A stretch of DNA of 64,000 nt, taken from contig CP070695.1 in the NCBI GenBank assembly GCA_020353515.1, forward strand, positions 4,325,589-4,389,588, read 5' to 3'. This document shows positions 19,781-30,800 of the stretch, piece by piece. Both the position numbers and the translations under genes were made by a program. The notes under the pieces are model-generated. The model ran no database searches and was not told where the DNA came from. It saw only the letters and a program-made list of their open reading frames with translations. This stretch comes from Candidatus Heimdallarchaeota archaeon (GTDB lineage Archaea; Asgardarchaeota; Heimdallarchaeia; Hodarchaeales; Hodarchaeaceae). Position 1 is the first letter of the stretch. Each line of letters opens with the position of its first letter.

Positions 19781-20731
19781 TCATAACTTCTCAAGAAGAA
19801 CCTGACGATTAACTTCAATAAAAGATTCGGAAATTTTTAACTGATTGTTTTCTACCTCAATGACACCATTAAGTCTGAGGGTTTTAATATAATAGGAAAT
19901 GAGAGACTTACTATTCCCGGTAAAGAAAGAAAGGTCCTTTTGAGAACAATCTCCATCTGATAATATCAATATTTCTAGAATATTCTTGATATTCTTATTC
20001 CTACTAAGAGAAAACCATAATTTCTGTTCCATAGAGAACCTTGCGCTACTTAAAAAGAAATGTTTACAACGACCTAATCTTAATGATTCAACTTCGTATT
20101 CCCCTGATTCAAGAGAGCGAATATGATATTGAATTACACCCATCGCAAGATTTGTGGATCTCTGTATTTCACGAAGATTAATTCCAGGATTTTGAGTAAT
20201 TTTGGCTTTTATAATTAGTCTATTTTTATTTCTCGATAATGACTTCTTCTCATCTTGATATTTCAGTTTCTCCAAGTATATTGTTCCGACTAACAGTAGT
20301 ACTGAGTACTTAGTTACTCCTAATCCAAATATCTCTCCATATGTTAAGAAAGGTGACGTTCCGTATTTAATTTGAATCGTAGATAATAATTGCCAATCAA
20401 GTAGTGTTAATGAATAGGAGGTAGTTTTGGAAATTTGGTTGAAAATGATTTCCAGTGAAATAACTGTACTTGTAGTTGTCCCAGAGTTAGTTTGTCCAAC
20501 AAAATCTATGAAAAAGGTATCTAACGCTGAATAAGGAATACAATACACTTTATTTTCATTTTTCTCATGATTCCAACTTTGAGAACCTTGAAATGAATGT
20601 AAAAACAGCATTGTAGCTAAAAAAAAGTAAATGAGCTTTAACTGAGATTTTTTTGAGAATATCATGCTCACCTCTTCATCGTGGGCTTTAGAAATCCTTG
20701 AGTTATAATTTTTTTCCATTTCTGCAGTCAA
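19781..20731 (-). CDS. Membrane-associated transcriptional regulator with C-terminal double wHTH (COG3398-like)
   Basis: N-terminal hydrophobic segments; NPGINLREIQRSTNLAMGVIQYHIRSLE and SQKDLSFFTGNSKSLISYYIKTL. Confidence 0.75.
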   Translation of the reverse strand: MTAEMEKNYNSRISKAHDEEVSMIFSKKSQLKLIYFFLATMLFLHSFQGSQSWNHEKNENKVYCIPYSALDTFFIDFVGQTNSGTTTSTVISLEIIFNQISKTTSYSLTLLDWQLLSTIQIKYGTSPFLTYGEIFGLGVTKYSVLLLVGTIYLEKLKYQDEKKSLSRNKNRLIIKAKITQNPGINLREIQRSTNLAMGVIQYHIRSLESGEYEVESLRLGRCKHFFLSSARFSMEQKLWFSLSRNKNIKNILEILILSDGDCSQKDLSFFTGNSKSLISYYIKTLRLNGVIEVENNQLKISESFIEVNRQVLLEKL

Positions 20732-20830
20732 AAAACTGTACTACTATTATGCTAAGGAAAATAAGGTAGAATAAATGTACCACAATTAATAAAATATCCT
20801 TAAAAAGACACTATTTAGTGAATCATTGGT

Positions 20831-21541
20831 ATGAGCTCCAATTCAAATAGTGAAATCCCAGTCGCTGTTGAAGCCCGAAATATAACAAAGGAGTTTTCTA
20901 TAGGGAGTACCAAAATTACTATTTTGAATGAATTAGACTTTTCTTGTTATGAAAACGAGTTCATAATAATTTCAGGCCCCTCTGGATCTGGGAAATCAAC
21001 TTTTTTATCAATCATTGGCGGACTCACTAGCGTAGATCAGGGAAGTGTACGAGTTTTAAATCATCAATTGAATACAATGACCGAGGAAGCACTAGCGATT
21101 TTCAGATCAGTTTATGTGGGTTTTGTATTTCAAACTGGGCATTTAATTGACTCATTAACAGTACTGGAAAATATACTGCTACCTGTTGAACTTTCACAAC
21201 GAGAAGATTCAGAAAATAAGTATCAGGAAAGAGCTTGGGAATTAATGGAAGAGTTCAAGCTCAGTGAAAGAGCAGATTCGCTTCCAGCAATGATATCAGG
21301 AGGAGAGTATCAAAGAACAGCATTTATCCGAGCATTAATTTTGGATCCAGATATACTTCTTATTGATGAACCAACATCCAATCAAGATACACAAACAACT
21401 AAGATTATTAGTGATAAGCTCCACAGGTTGAAAGGTAAGAAGAATCTTATTGTAATAACTCACGAGAAAAAGCTATTTCCTTTAGCAGACAAAATCTATG
21501 TTCCTCGTGACGGAAAATTAAGTCCTTATGAAATGGATTGA
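20831..21541 (+). CDS. ABC transporter ATP-binding protein (LolD/MacB-like)
   Basis: GPSGSGKST, VGFVFQ, ISGGEYQR, IDEPT, ITHE. Confidence 0.92.
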   Translation: MSSNSNSEIPVAVEARNITKEFSIGSTKITILNELDFSCYENEFIIISGPSGSGKSTFLSIIGGLTSVDQGSVRVLNHQLNTMTEEALAIFRSVYVGFVFQTGHLIDSLTVLENILLPVELSQREDSENKYQERAWELMEEFKLSERADSLPAMISGGEYQRTAFIRALILDPDILLIDEPTSNQDTQTTKIISDKLHRLKGKKNLIVITHEKKLFPLADKIYVPRDGKLSPYEMD

Positions 21542-21547
21542 GGTCAG

Positions 21548-23353
21548 TTGGGTAGTCTCAATCTTGCATTAAAGGACATATGGAGACAAAAACCCAGATC
21601 TTTACTATTTATTACAGTCCAATCTTGTATCACCGCTTCAGGAATCATCATGTATGGTTTAGCTGTAATTATTCAATCACAACTAGGACAAGATCGGGCT
21701 TATTTTAATAATTCAATCATTCAAATCTTCAATGGTTATCTCAATTTTCTCTTATCATTTGCGATAGTAACTGGAATCCTGGTTGCTACAATTCTAAGCT
21801 GTCTCCTGACTGTCGCTCGGATGGACGATTTAGCTGTAATTCTCGCATTGGGAGGCACATTCAAACGAATTCAGCGTATACCTCTAGCACAAATATTCTT
21901 AATTACTCTCATTGCTGGTTTAATCGGTTTGATTGGAGGGATACTAAGTCTTTTTAGCTTTAATCTATTCCTAGGATTTGATACGATAGTATTAGAAGAA
22001 ATTCTTCCCCTTGGTCTTGTCTACATCATCTTCCAGATTATAGGAACATATTTTGCAGCAGGATTTGTTGTCAACCTACTTATTCGAAAAAAAATGAGAG
22101 AAATCATCGATGGTCAGTATGAAGTTGTCACAGTTAATCAAAAGAAAATTTGGGGAATTCCTACAAAAGGAAGAATTGGTTTTCGCCTAGCATATCTCTT
22201 TAACAAACGATCTAGAATCCTTTCATGGGTGATGATTGGAGGAACTTTTATGTTAATCTTCTTGACCGCATTTGGTATCCTAGGAGGGAGTATAATCATC
22301 AATACAACTAGTGCTTATATAGAACGTGGTTATGGAACAGAGGTTTATGTGGTTACAAATCCTGAAATTGAATCACTGCTGAAAGAACTATATGATCCAA
22401 TGGAAGAACTTCGCTTTGATTCTTCGTTATTATCCTCTAGATACTCAATTCCAGCTGAATTTCTAAACCAATTACCAGTAAACTGTACTTTTGAAGCTCG
22501 ACTCTTAATCCCTGGAATAGCAAGAATGATTACTGAAATAAAAACTGAAAATGGAACACCCATCGGGAGTGGTGATACTACCATTGAAACTTATTATTGG
22601 GGAATTGATGAATCTAATTTCTCAATTTTTGATTATTATGGGATAACATTCGCTCCCCCAGGAGGACTTGATATTTATATCGGTGATGGAATGATTCGAT
22701 CATACCTTAATGAAGAAAGAGTAGGTTCAATAATTCCAAAGGGAGACAATATTGGCATTGTAGAACGATTTGAGATTGCAGGAGTGATTATGGATCCGTT
22801 TGCTCGTGGACATTGTGTTTATATGGATTCTGGAGAATTAGCTAGAGTGAATAATATTCAGAATCAAAATAATGTAGTCTTTATTAAGAAACCTAATTCT
22901 GAGATATTCAATCTCGTAGAGGCTTTCAACCTGAAATGCTTCTCATTAGACAATTACAAATCAAACTATCTCGTTAGAAGCAATAATTTCTGGTTAATTT
23001 CATCAATAGCTTTCATTCCAGCAATGATTTCCGCTGGTTTGTCTTTAGTTGCATATTCAGGATTAATCGCTAGAGTTATTCTTATTAAAGACCTAAGAAT
23101 CCTTCGACTAATAGGAGGAAATCCAAAAACTTTGAGAAGAGTTATTCTTTGGGTAAATATCCTCCTTGTATTATATGCAGCCCCCTTAGCAGTGCTCTTT
23201 GGATTTATTTCAGCTCATTCATTTCTAATTGTTGAAGCACGTCTACCTTCTATTCAAGCGTGGATACTTCTGGCTTTAGAATTCCTTGTAATGGTTTTGA
23301 TCATCTATAGGTACATCAAATCGTTTTTTAAAGATTTTTACCGAATTTTATAG
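21548..23353 (+). CDS. FtsX/MacB-like ABC permease
   Basis: Two TM blocks with DLAVILALGG and LRILRLIGG motifs around an extracytoplasmic domain; follows the LolD-like ATPase. Confidence 0.8.
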   Translation: MGSLNLALKDIWRQKPRSLLFITVQSCITASGIIMYGLAVIIQSQLGQDRAYFNNSIIQIFNGYLNFLLSFAIVTGILVATILSCLLTVARMDDLAVILALGGTFKRIQRIPLAQIFLITLIAGLIGLIGGILSLFSFNLFLGFDTIVLEEILPLGLVYIIFQIIGTYFAAGFVVNLLIRKKMREIIDGQYEVVTVNQKKIWGIPTKGRIGFRLAYLFNKRSRILSWVMIGGTFMLIFLTAFGILGGSIIINTTSAYIERGYGTEVYVVTNPEIESLLKELYDPMEELRFDSSLLSSRYSIPAEFLNQLPVNCTFEARLLIPGIARMITEIKTENGTPIGSGDTTIETYYWGIDESNFSIFDYYGITFAPPGGLDIYIGDGMIRSYLNEERVGSIIPKGDNIGIVERFEIAGVIMDPFARGHCVYMDSGELARVNNIQNQNNVVFIKKPNSEIFNLVEAFNLKCFSLDNYKSNYLVRSNNFWLISSIAFIPAMISAGLSLVAYSGLIARVILIKDLRILRLIGGNPKTLRRVILWVNILLVLYAAPLAVLFGFISAHSFLIVEARLPSIQAWILLALEFLVMVLIIYRYIKSFFKDFYRIL

Positions 23354-23438
23354 CGCTTAAGATCATCCAAGCTTTATCTAGATCTTTGATCTTATTTCGT
23401 CTACGCAAAGATATTTAAATAGAGCTTGCGCAAAATAT

Positions 23439-24593
23439 ATGGAGATTGGGATGCAAATCCAAACAAAGACATTAGATGAAAAAGATCTAAGAATTATAAA
23501 TGCTCTATATAAATATGGATTTGGGTCATCTAGCCGTTTCTTAAGTAAGAAAATAAATATTCCAGATAGAACAATAAGTTACCGTCTGAAAACTCTGAAA
23601 GACACCGGATTATTACGGATATATCCTTTTATGAATGAGAGACGTCTAGGATTGGGAGATTGTTGTATTGTAATCCAAGAATCTGAGACATGTAAGTCAA
23701 GTCAGATATCTAAATTATTAGAAAAAATCCCTTTCTTCTATCTTATATCCTCAACATATGGAAGATATAATGGAATATTATGTTTTAGCGTCTATTCTCT
23801 TGATTCAACTCATCCAAAAGAGTTTCTTGAGAAATTGAGGACAGAAGAATTGATTTCTGATTTTGAAATTTATGAAATATGCGATCATATAACAAGTGAT
23901 CCAAAATTAGATTACTATGATCCTCATACAGGGAAATGGAGATGGGATTGGAAACAATGGGAGAAGGAAATCGAAACTACATTAGTTCAAGAACATTCAA
24001 CTGACTTATTCGCAAATCTACACCTTGAACAGAAACAAACGGTGATCAATTTTGATGAAATTGATATCAAACTCCTTAAAATCAAAAAAGATGCCTTTCA
24101 TAATAAAAAAGTTATACTGACTAATAGTGAACTTGGAAAAAAGCTTAACTTATCTGCGTTTAAAGTTAGAAACCGAGTCCAACTTTTATATGACCAAGGA
24201 GTTATTAAAGGGCCTCTAATCAACTTCTTCTGTCCTGAAGAGCGTGATATCCACTTCATCTACCTTTTTGTCAAAATGAAAGATTTCCAACAGAGTTCAT
24301 TGGTTATATCTTCGATTTGTAAATTACCCTTTCAAGTCGGAATCTTTGTTGAATCTAAAACTAAATTCATTCTCTACTATAGAATGAGAACAGAAGAATT
24401 TTCGGAATTCTTACAAAGTTTTGATTTATTAAAGGATTATTTACAATCTTATTTCTTCCAAATAGTCCCATTCTATTATAATAATCGTCATCATCTTTAC
24501 AATGCCTATAATGAAAACACTAAGTCCTGGGATACTCCAATAGAGGAGTATTATAATTTAATAGAGAATTTCAAAAACACAAAGAAAAGTTAG
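23439..24593 (+). CDS. Tandem Lrp/AsnC-type wHTH regulator
   Basis: LDEKDLRIINAL...TISYRLKTL and FDEIDIKLL...ELGKKLNLS...VRNRVQLL. Confidence 0.75.
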   Translation: MEIGMQIQTKTLDEKDLRIINALYKYGFGSSSRFLSKKINIPDRTISYRLKTLKDTGLLRIYPFMNERRLGLGDCCIVIQESETCKSSQISKLLEKIPFFYLISSTYGRYNGILCFSVYSLDSTHPKEFLEKLRTEELISDFEIYEICDHITSDPKLDYYDPHTGKWRWDWKQWEKEIETTLVQEHSTDLFANLHLEQKQTVINFDEIDIKLLKIKKDAFHNKKVILTNSELGKKLNLSAFKVRNRVQLLYDQGVIKGPLINFFCPEERDIHFIYLFVKMKDFQQSSLVISSICKLPFQVGIFVESKTKFILYYRMRTEEFSEFLQSFDLLKDYLQSYFFQIVPFYYNNRHHLYNAYNENTKSWDTPIEEYYNLIENFKNTKKS

Positions 24594-24604
24594 AGTGGAA
24601 AAAC

Positions 24605-26863
24605 ATGACACAAAGACTAGTTGGGATATTCACTATCCTTATGTTATCGTTTTTAGTTATTATATTTTCAAATCAAAGCTTAAATTTAGAGATAAGTAAT
24701 ACTGCTGATTCTTCATCTCAACATTGCCAAATCTCACAGTCACAAGAAATAACTAATTTTACTAATGAGCACACTACACTTCTAGGTCATTCTCAACCAG
24801 TTGGGGACGTAAAGTTCTCTCCTGATGACTCCTTAATAGCATCTGCAAGTCTTGATGGCACTGTTATCATCTGGAATGCATCGAACGGGGAGAAAGTACA
24901 CCTATTAAGACATCAACCAGTTGAGGTAGTCAGAGAAATATCTTTTTCACCAAATGGGTCGATACTGGCTTCAAGCGGTCATTATTGGTTTAGAAATCCT
25001 CCTGGATCGGAGAGTTGGGAAGTAGAAGCACGTCTCTATCTCTGGGATACCTCTACAGGATCGCTACTAAAAACTGTATCAAAATTCGGTGCCAGACTTC
25101 TAGGAGCTTGTTTTTCTCCTGATGGTAAATTACTCGCATTTGTTGAAAATGCGTACAATGGAACCTATTCTGTCAACTTGTGGGATTTTACAAGTAATAA
25201 CTTTTTATATTTGGGGGAACATAATCAATTTATTTTTACATTAGATTTTTCACCTGATGGTAGCCTTTTAGCATCTGGGAGTGATGGTGGGACAATAAAA
25301 CTCTGGGATATAGCCTCTAGAACATTGGTAAGGACGTTAACTGAACATACAGATGATGTTAGATCAATCAAATTTTCTCCGAATGGACAAATATTGGCTT
25401 CAGCTTGTGATGACACCTCAATTATCCTCTGGAACGTGTCCTCTGGTTCTGTGATAAGAACATTAACTGGGCATAACAGGAAGGTTTTTTCAGTAGATTT
25501 TTCTAATGATGATAGACTTGTGTCAGGAGAAGGAGAGTATGACGAAGAGCATTTCCCTTCACGGATACACAATGCTGCTATTAAGATTTGGGATATTATA
25601 ACGGGAAATGAAATAGCTTCTCTAACTGGCCACGAAAATGTCGTTTGCTCTGTTGATTTCTCTTCAGATGGAACAAAAATAGTATCAGGGAGTTGGGACT
25701 GGAGAGTAAAACTTTGGGGTGACCATGGTTTGATAACTTCTGGATATGTTGACGATTGGCCAACCTCAACTCCAGAAGAACAGGGGATGAATTCTACGAC
25801 CTTGAATGAATTATTTGAATACATTGATTCATGGTCTGATGTTATTCATGGATTGTGTGTGATGCGTCATGGAGTCATCGTTGCGGAAGGATATTTCAGT
25901 AGTGACTATCATCAGTATATCCAAGAAGACAAACATCAAACCCATTCAGTTACAAAGAGTTTCACATCTGCTTTGATAGGGATAGCAATCGATCAGGGCT
26001 ATATTACTGATGTCAACCAGAGGGTGCTTGACTTCTTTCCCGAAATGACCTTTTTAAATGTGGATTCACGAAAAGAGGCAATGACTATTGAACATCTCTT
26101 AACAATGCGAACAGGTCTTGATTGGCCAGAGATGGATTCTGGTTATTCTGGTGCGGGAGACCTTGCAGACCAGATGTTGCATAGTAATAACAGTGTACAA
26201 TATATATTAGATAAACCAATGGTTGCGGCTCCAGGAGAGGTTTGGCAATATTGTTCTGGAGCTACACATCTCCTCTCAGCAATTATTCAAAGAACAACAG
26301 GACAAACAACACTTGAATTTGCTCAAGAAAATCTCTTTTCTCCTCTAGGGATTGATTCAAGTGAAGTGATCTGGGACACTGATCGTAATGGGATAAATAG
26401 AGGACACTCCAACCTTTTCTTAACTCCACGAAGTTTAGCTAAATTTGGGTATTTATACCTCAACGAGGGAAAGCTAGATGGAAAAGAGATCATCTCGAAA
26501 GAATGGGTAGAAAAGTCAGTAACAACGGAATTCAGTGGGTATGGCTACTGTTGGTGGAATGATCCTTTTGGTCATTTTGCGATGGGTCTTAATGGTCATT
26601 ATATTTATGTATTACCAGAAGAGAACATCGTAGCTTCTTTTACTGAGTCTTCTATCACTCTAAGACTATTATCACGATACATCATCCCTGCTGTCATTCA
26701 ATCTAAAAGTTCAGCGATTACACAGTCTGATACTGCATCAAAAACTCAACAGTCCAATGATATAAGTAGTACTCAATCTAAAACTTCAGGATTGTCCTTA
26801 TTATATCCTACTTTGGCATTACTAGTAATTATAATGACTCTTAAAAGGAAAAAAGTGTATTAA
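24605..26863 (+). CDS. Membrane-anchored secreted WD40 beta-propeller fused to a beta-lactamase-fold serine hydrolase
   Basis: Signal peptide; about 7 GH...FSPDG...W[DN] repeats; SVTK, HLLTMRTGL, YCS; S/T linker, TM, KRKK tail. Confidence 0.88.
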   Translation: MTQRLVGIFTILMLSFLVIIFSNQSLNLEISNTADSSSQHCQISQSQEITNFTNEHTTLLGHSQPVGDVKFSPDDSLIASASLDGTVIIWNASNGEKVHLLRHQPVEVVREISFSPNGSILASSGHYWFRNPPGSESWEVEARLYLWDTSTGSLLKTVSKFGARLLGACFSPDGKLLAFVENAYNGTYSVNLWDFTSNNFLYLGEHNQFIFTLDFSPDGSLLASGSDGGTIKLWDIASRTLVRTLTEHTDDVRSIKFSPNGQILASACDDTSIILWNVSSGSVIRTLTGHNRKVFSVDFSNDDRLVSGEGEYDEEHFPSRIHNAAIKIWDIITGNEIASLTGHENVVCSVDFSSDGTKIVSGSWDWRVKLWGDHGLITSGYVDDWPTSTPEEQGMNSTTLNELFEYIDSWSDVIHGLCVMRHGVIVAEGYFSSDYHQYIQEDKHQTHSVTKSFTSALIGIAIDQGYITDVNQRVLDFFPEMTFLNVDSRKEAMTIEHLLTMRTGLDWPEMDSGYSGAGDLADQMLHSNNSVQYILDKPMVAAPGEVWQYCSGATHLLSAIIQRTTGQTTLEFAQENLFSPLGIDSSEVIWDTDRNGINRGHSNLFLTPRSLAKFGYLYLNEGKLDGKEIISKEWVEKSVTTEFSGYGYCWWNDPFGHFAMGLNGHYIYVLPEENIVASFTESSITLRLLSRYIIPAVIQSKSSAITQSDTASKTQQSNDISSTQSKTSGLSLLYPTLALLVIIMTLKRKKVY

Positions 26864-26957
26864 GCCATTTTTTGAACTGAAATGCCTTTAACTAAAATTT
26901 TAAGATGAGCTCTACCTCTATCGAAGTGTTTAGAATCCTTTCTTCAAATGTTTTGAT

Positions 26958-27752
26958 TTGGATTATTTTCAAGGAATGTGCCCTTTATTGGAACTTTTAT
27001 CTTGGAATGTCAATGGTATCAGAGCCTGTATTAAAAAAGGCTTTATTGAATGGGTGAAACAACGAGACCCAGAGATCTTATGTCTCCAAGAAACAAAAGC
27101 TCAAGCAGATCAGATATCCTTCTCATTTGATCTTCCTGATTATCGCATCTATTGGAGTTCAGCAAAAAAGAAGGGGTATAGCGGAGTCGCCACTTTAACC
27201 AAAATCAAACCAGTATCGGTTCTACAAGGGCTAGGAGTGAAAGAGTTCGATATTGAGGGAAGATTTCTTCAATTAGAGTTCGAGGATTTCTTTCTAATTA
27301 ATTTGTATTTTCCCAATGCCCAACGTGAATTAAAACGACTTGACTATAAATTACGATTTAATCAGACACTCCTTGCTTATCTAAATAAAATAAAAGAGAA
27401 AAATAAAGGGATAATCCTATGTGGAGATTTTAATGTGGCTCATAAGGAGATCGATCTCAAGAATCCTAAAACAAATCAGAATAATGCAGGATTCTCACCT
27501 CAAGAAAGAGCTTTTTTTACTGAATTATTGGAACATGGGTATATCGATACATTCAGAGAATTTGATCAGTCTCCAGAGCAGTATACTTGGTGGACTTATC
27601 GCTATAATGCTAGAACAAGAAACATCGGATGGCGAATTGATTACTTTCTTATTGATCTAGAATTTAGAGAAAGGTTGGAATCCGCATTTATTTTGAATGA
27701 AGTCATGGGATCAGATCACGTTCCAGTAGGAATAATAATTAGTGTCGAATAA
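26958..27752 (+). CDS. xth: Exodeoxyribonuclease III / AP endonuclease
   Basis: SWNVNGIRA, LQETK, GYSGVA, GDFNVAH, GWRIDYF, GSDHVP. Confidence 0.95.
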   Translation: MDYFQGMCPLLELLSWNVNGIRACIKKGFIEWVKQRDPEILCLQETKAQADQISFSFDLPDYRIYWSSAKKKGYSGVATLTKIKPVSVLQGLGVKEFDIEGRFLQLEFEDFFLINLYFPNAQRELKRLDYKLRFNQTLLAYLNKIKEKNKGIILCGDFNVAHKEIDLKNPKTNQNNAGFSPQERAFFTELLEHGYIDTFREFDQSPEQYTWWTYRYNARTRNIGWRIDYFLIDLEFRERLESAFILNEVMGSDHVPVGIIISVE

Positions 27753-27855
27753 GGATTAATCCAGTAAATTATTATTATTGTCACCCCCTATAGTAAATCC
27801 TTAAAAGCATTAAAACCCATATCCCTCTATACTCAGAGATATCTGTCTATAGGGT

Positions 27856-30800
27856 ATGGTAGCATTGATTTATAAAGAAGGAGGAAGTTGTGAATCTTGC
27901 AACCACCCTTTACAGAGTCAAAGAGACGCTGTTGGTAAAAAATTTTTCATATGCGTTAATAGTAAATGTCCAGTAAAACGACTAACGAATATTGAAACTC
28001 GTCTTGCAGCTATTGAGAAATTACTAGAAATTACGCCAATAATTCCAAAAGCACAAGAGTCAGTTATTGAAATTATTCGGACTCTTCCAAATCTTTCCTT
28101 GGAAGAAGGTAGAGTTCAGTTTTATTCATTATTTGATCAATTAGAAGAATCAAGAGACATACTCAATTTTTTCCTAGAACAAACAGCGAATAATGAATAT
28201 TTATCTCCTCAGTTTTTACAAGAATGGGCAATTCTTATGGCTTATTCAGGGAAAACATTCATGGCAGCTCAAAGAATTTTAACGGAGAAAGGATATGCAG
28301 AAACTCCACTTTCACAAACATTTATCAGCAAGAACATTGGAATAATTATTGATCGTTCTAATTCTGTTCAAGCAGAAGAAAAGCAAAAAATAGTTTCCAC
28401 TCAATTTTATTCCCATTTATTGAATTGGGCAGTAAATGAAGGATTTAGTAGGAGAACTCTTGAAACCCTTCAGGGAAATGCAGGGATATTTCCTCCTCCG
28501 ATTGAGCAAACGATATCTGAAGAAATTGCTACAATACCTTCCGTTCCAGCTCGAGAAATACCTAGTCCGATTAATCAACCAATTGAATCTCTATATCAAC
28601 AGCCATTTAAAAAGTGGATTGATAGATTTCGGCCAGACGAAGGGTGGGAATTTACTATTGGTGCTAATTGGTTACGATGGGTTGGTATCGGTATTATTCT
28701 ATTTGCGCTCTTACTGCTAGTAGTTTGGTCTGCATCTCAAATGAAACTGACAGAAGATGAGATTGCACTTCTCACATTTATAGGACTTGTATTTTCAGGA
28801 GTATCTCTCCATATATTCTCATTCATTTTATTAAGATTCAAAGAACGGAGCCACCACATTCCACCAATTGCTTATTCCATTGCTTTTCTTTCATTAGGAA
28901 TTTATTACATCGCATTATTTACCCTTCGGTTTCATCCTTCAAGTCCTGTTTATGGCGTTGAATATGAGATTTTATATCTAATACTGTGTGTGTTTTTGAT
29001 TCTTATCTCATGTGGTACTGCTTGGGGCCACAATTCGAGCATACTCTTTATAGAGGGATTTACTTTTACCTTATGGCTTTTCTGGCACATACTATCTCAG
29101 ATTTTCGTCAATGATTTGGTTTTTTCAATCGAGATCTTGTTACTTGGTTATATTGCGTTTATACTAGCTTTCCTGGGAATTGGATATTTGAGAAAAGATA
29201 TTATATTAATTATAAGTGTTCAATTGATGGCTCAGTTGCTTATATTCCTTCCAAACTCCTCTAAAGTGTTATCAACTCATTCAGTTATAAGAGAATATCC
29301 TGATATAAATGCGACAATCTTTTTGGTAGTTATCATCAGTATAACTTATCTGGTTATTACGCTAAGGTTTCCTTTTGACATATCCCCTCAATTTTACGAA
29401 ATCATTACTCGTTATCATCTTTCGATCGCCTCGGTTACTCCAATCTTTTCCAGTTTCTTTTTATTGACATTTAAGAGTATTAGTGGGCTTATATTCATTC
29501 CATATCTTGTTGTTTTCACAACTGCATTTCTAGGGTTGGCTTATTATCAAAAAGATCTAGCCGTGGCATTTTCACTTATTCTTCTTACCCAGTTATTATG
29601 GTTGATATCAGTTGGATTTGTAGACAATATTACTTTTACTGAAACTATTCCAGAAATAAATGGTATTCTTACCGTTTTATTGTACCTGACATTTTTTTTC
29701 TGGATCATTGCTCAAAAATTTCCTTCTGATGAAATCGAAACTTGCTTTTGGGACTATATTAATCGAAAACATCTATCAGTAGCTGCAATCGGACCGATTT
29801 TTATTAGTTTCATAATATCCAGATTTAATTATGTCACAAGTGATATTTTTATAATGTACTTGGTACTCTTTTGTATTCTTTGGAGCACCAATAGAAGTAT
29901 TACATTAGAAATGCCTGATTTCCTTATAAAGAAAGTTTCCTTATTTGATATTGTGACCTATTCCTCTGCTATTCTTTTTTTAATAACAATAATATTAGAA
30001 CAGAGTGAGAATCTGTTTGGCGTAGTTTTGGGGTTCATTGCTTTTCCATTGTTTATTCTGTTTAATCAAAGCATATCCAATATGTCTTTGCAGCAGCAAG
30101 AAATTCGGGAAATTTATGCAATCATTAACTGTTTATTTGTAGCCATCATATTCTCATTCATGGTAATGAAAGAAACTTTCTCAAATATTGGGATCTGGAT
30201 TTCAACATTTCTCTTAGACTGGGGAATAGATTTTCTTGAGTTTCTAGGATTGCAAAATAGCTATAATTGGACTTTTATAGGTTTCCTATGGATAGTTGCT
30301 GTTGTTACTATCAACGTCAAGATTTTTCAGCCTAACATTAGACATAGCTTGTCGAAAATTATTATGACCTTATCCTCTCCAACGATAATATATATTTACT
30401 TAGGATTAATAGATGAAATAAACCCTATTCATCTGGCCTTTGTGATAATTGGATATGTCCAACTGATAATCCTTTGGTTCTTTCTTACTTCAGAAAAAAC
30501 AGATCACGCCATTGATAGACATCTTATTTTCATTCCTGGTGTTGCATTACTCCAGCTTTCTGGAAATTTTTTGTTAACAACATCAATAGGTTCATGGAAT
30601 ATTCTATCAGCTATTCTTGTGAATATATTCTTTCCCTTCTCACTAGGGTTTTTTATGGTTGCTCGAAGATTGTTTCATCACTTAATTGACAGTTATCTTA
30701 TTATTTCAGCATCAATTCTCACTCTATTTCAATTCTTGTATTTGAAAAGTAATCAACAGGGTTTATACGCATGGTTTCTTGAATTGGTATTTTTGATCTT

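Noticed and set aside
24605-26863. True beta-lactamase
   Set aside because: The SxxK fold is shared by many esterases and peptidases; the YCS motif and surface-anchored architecture do not indicate resistance.
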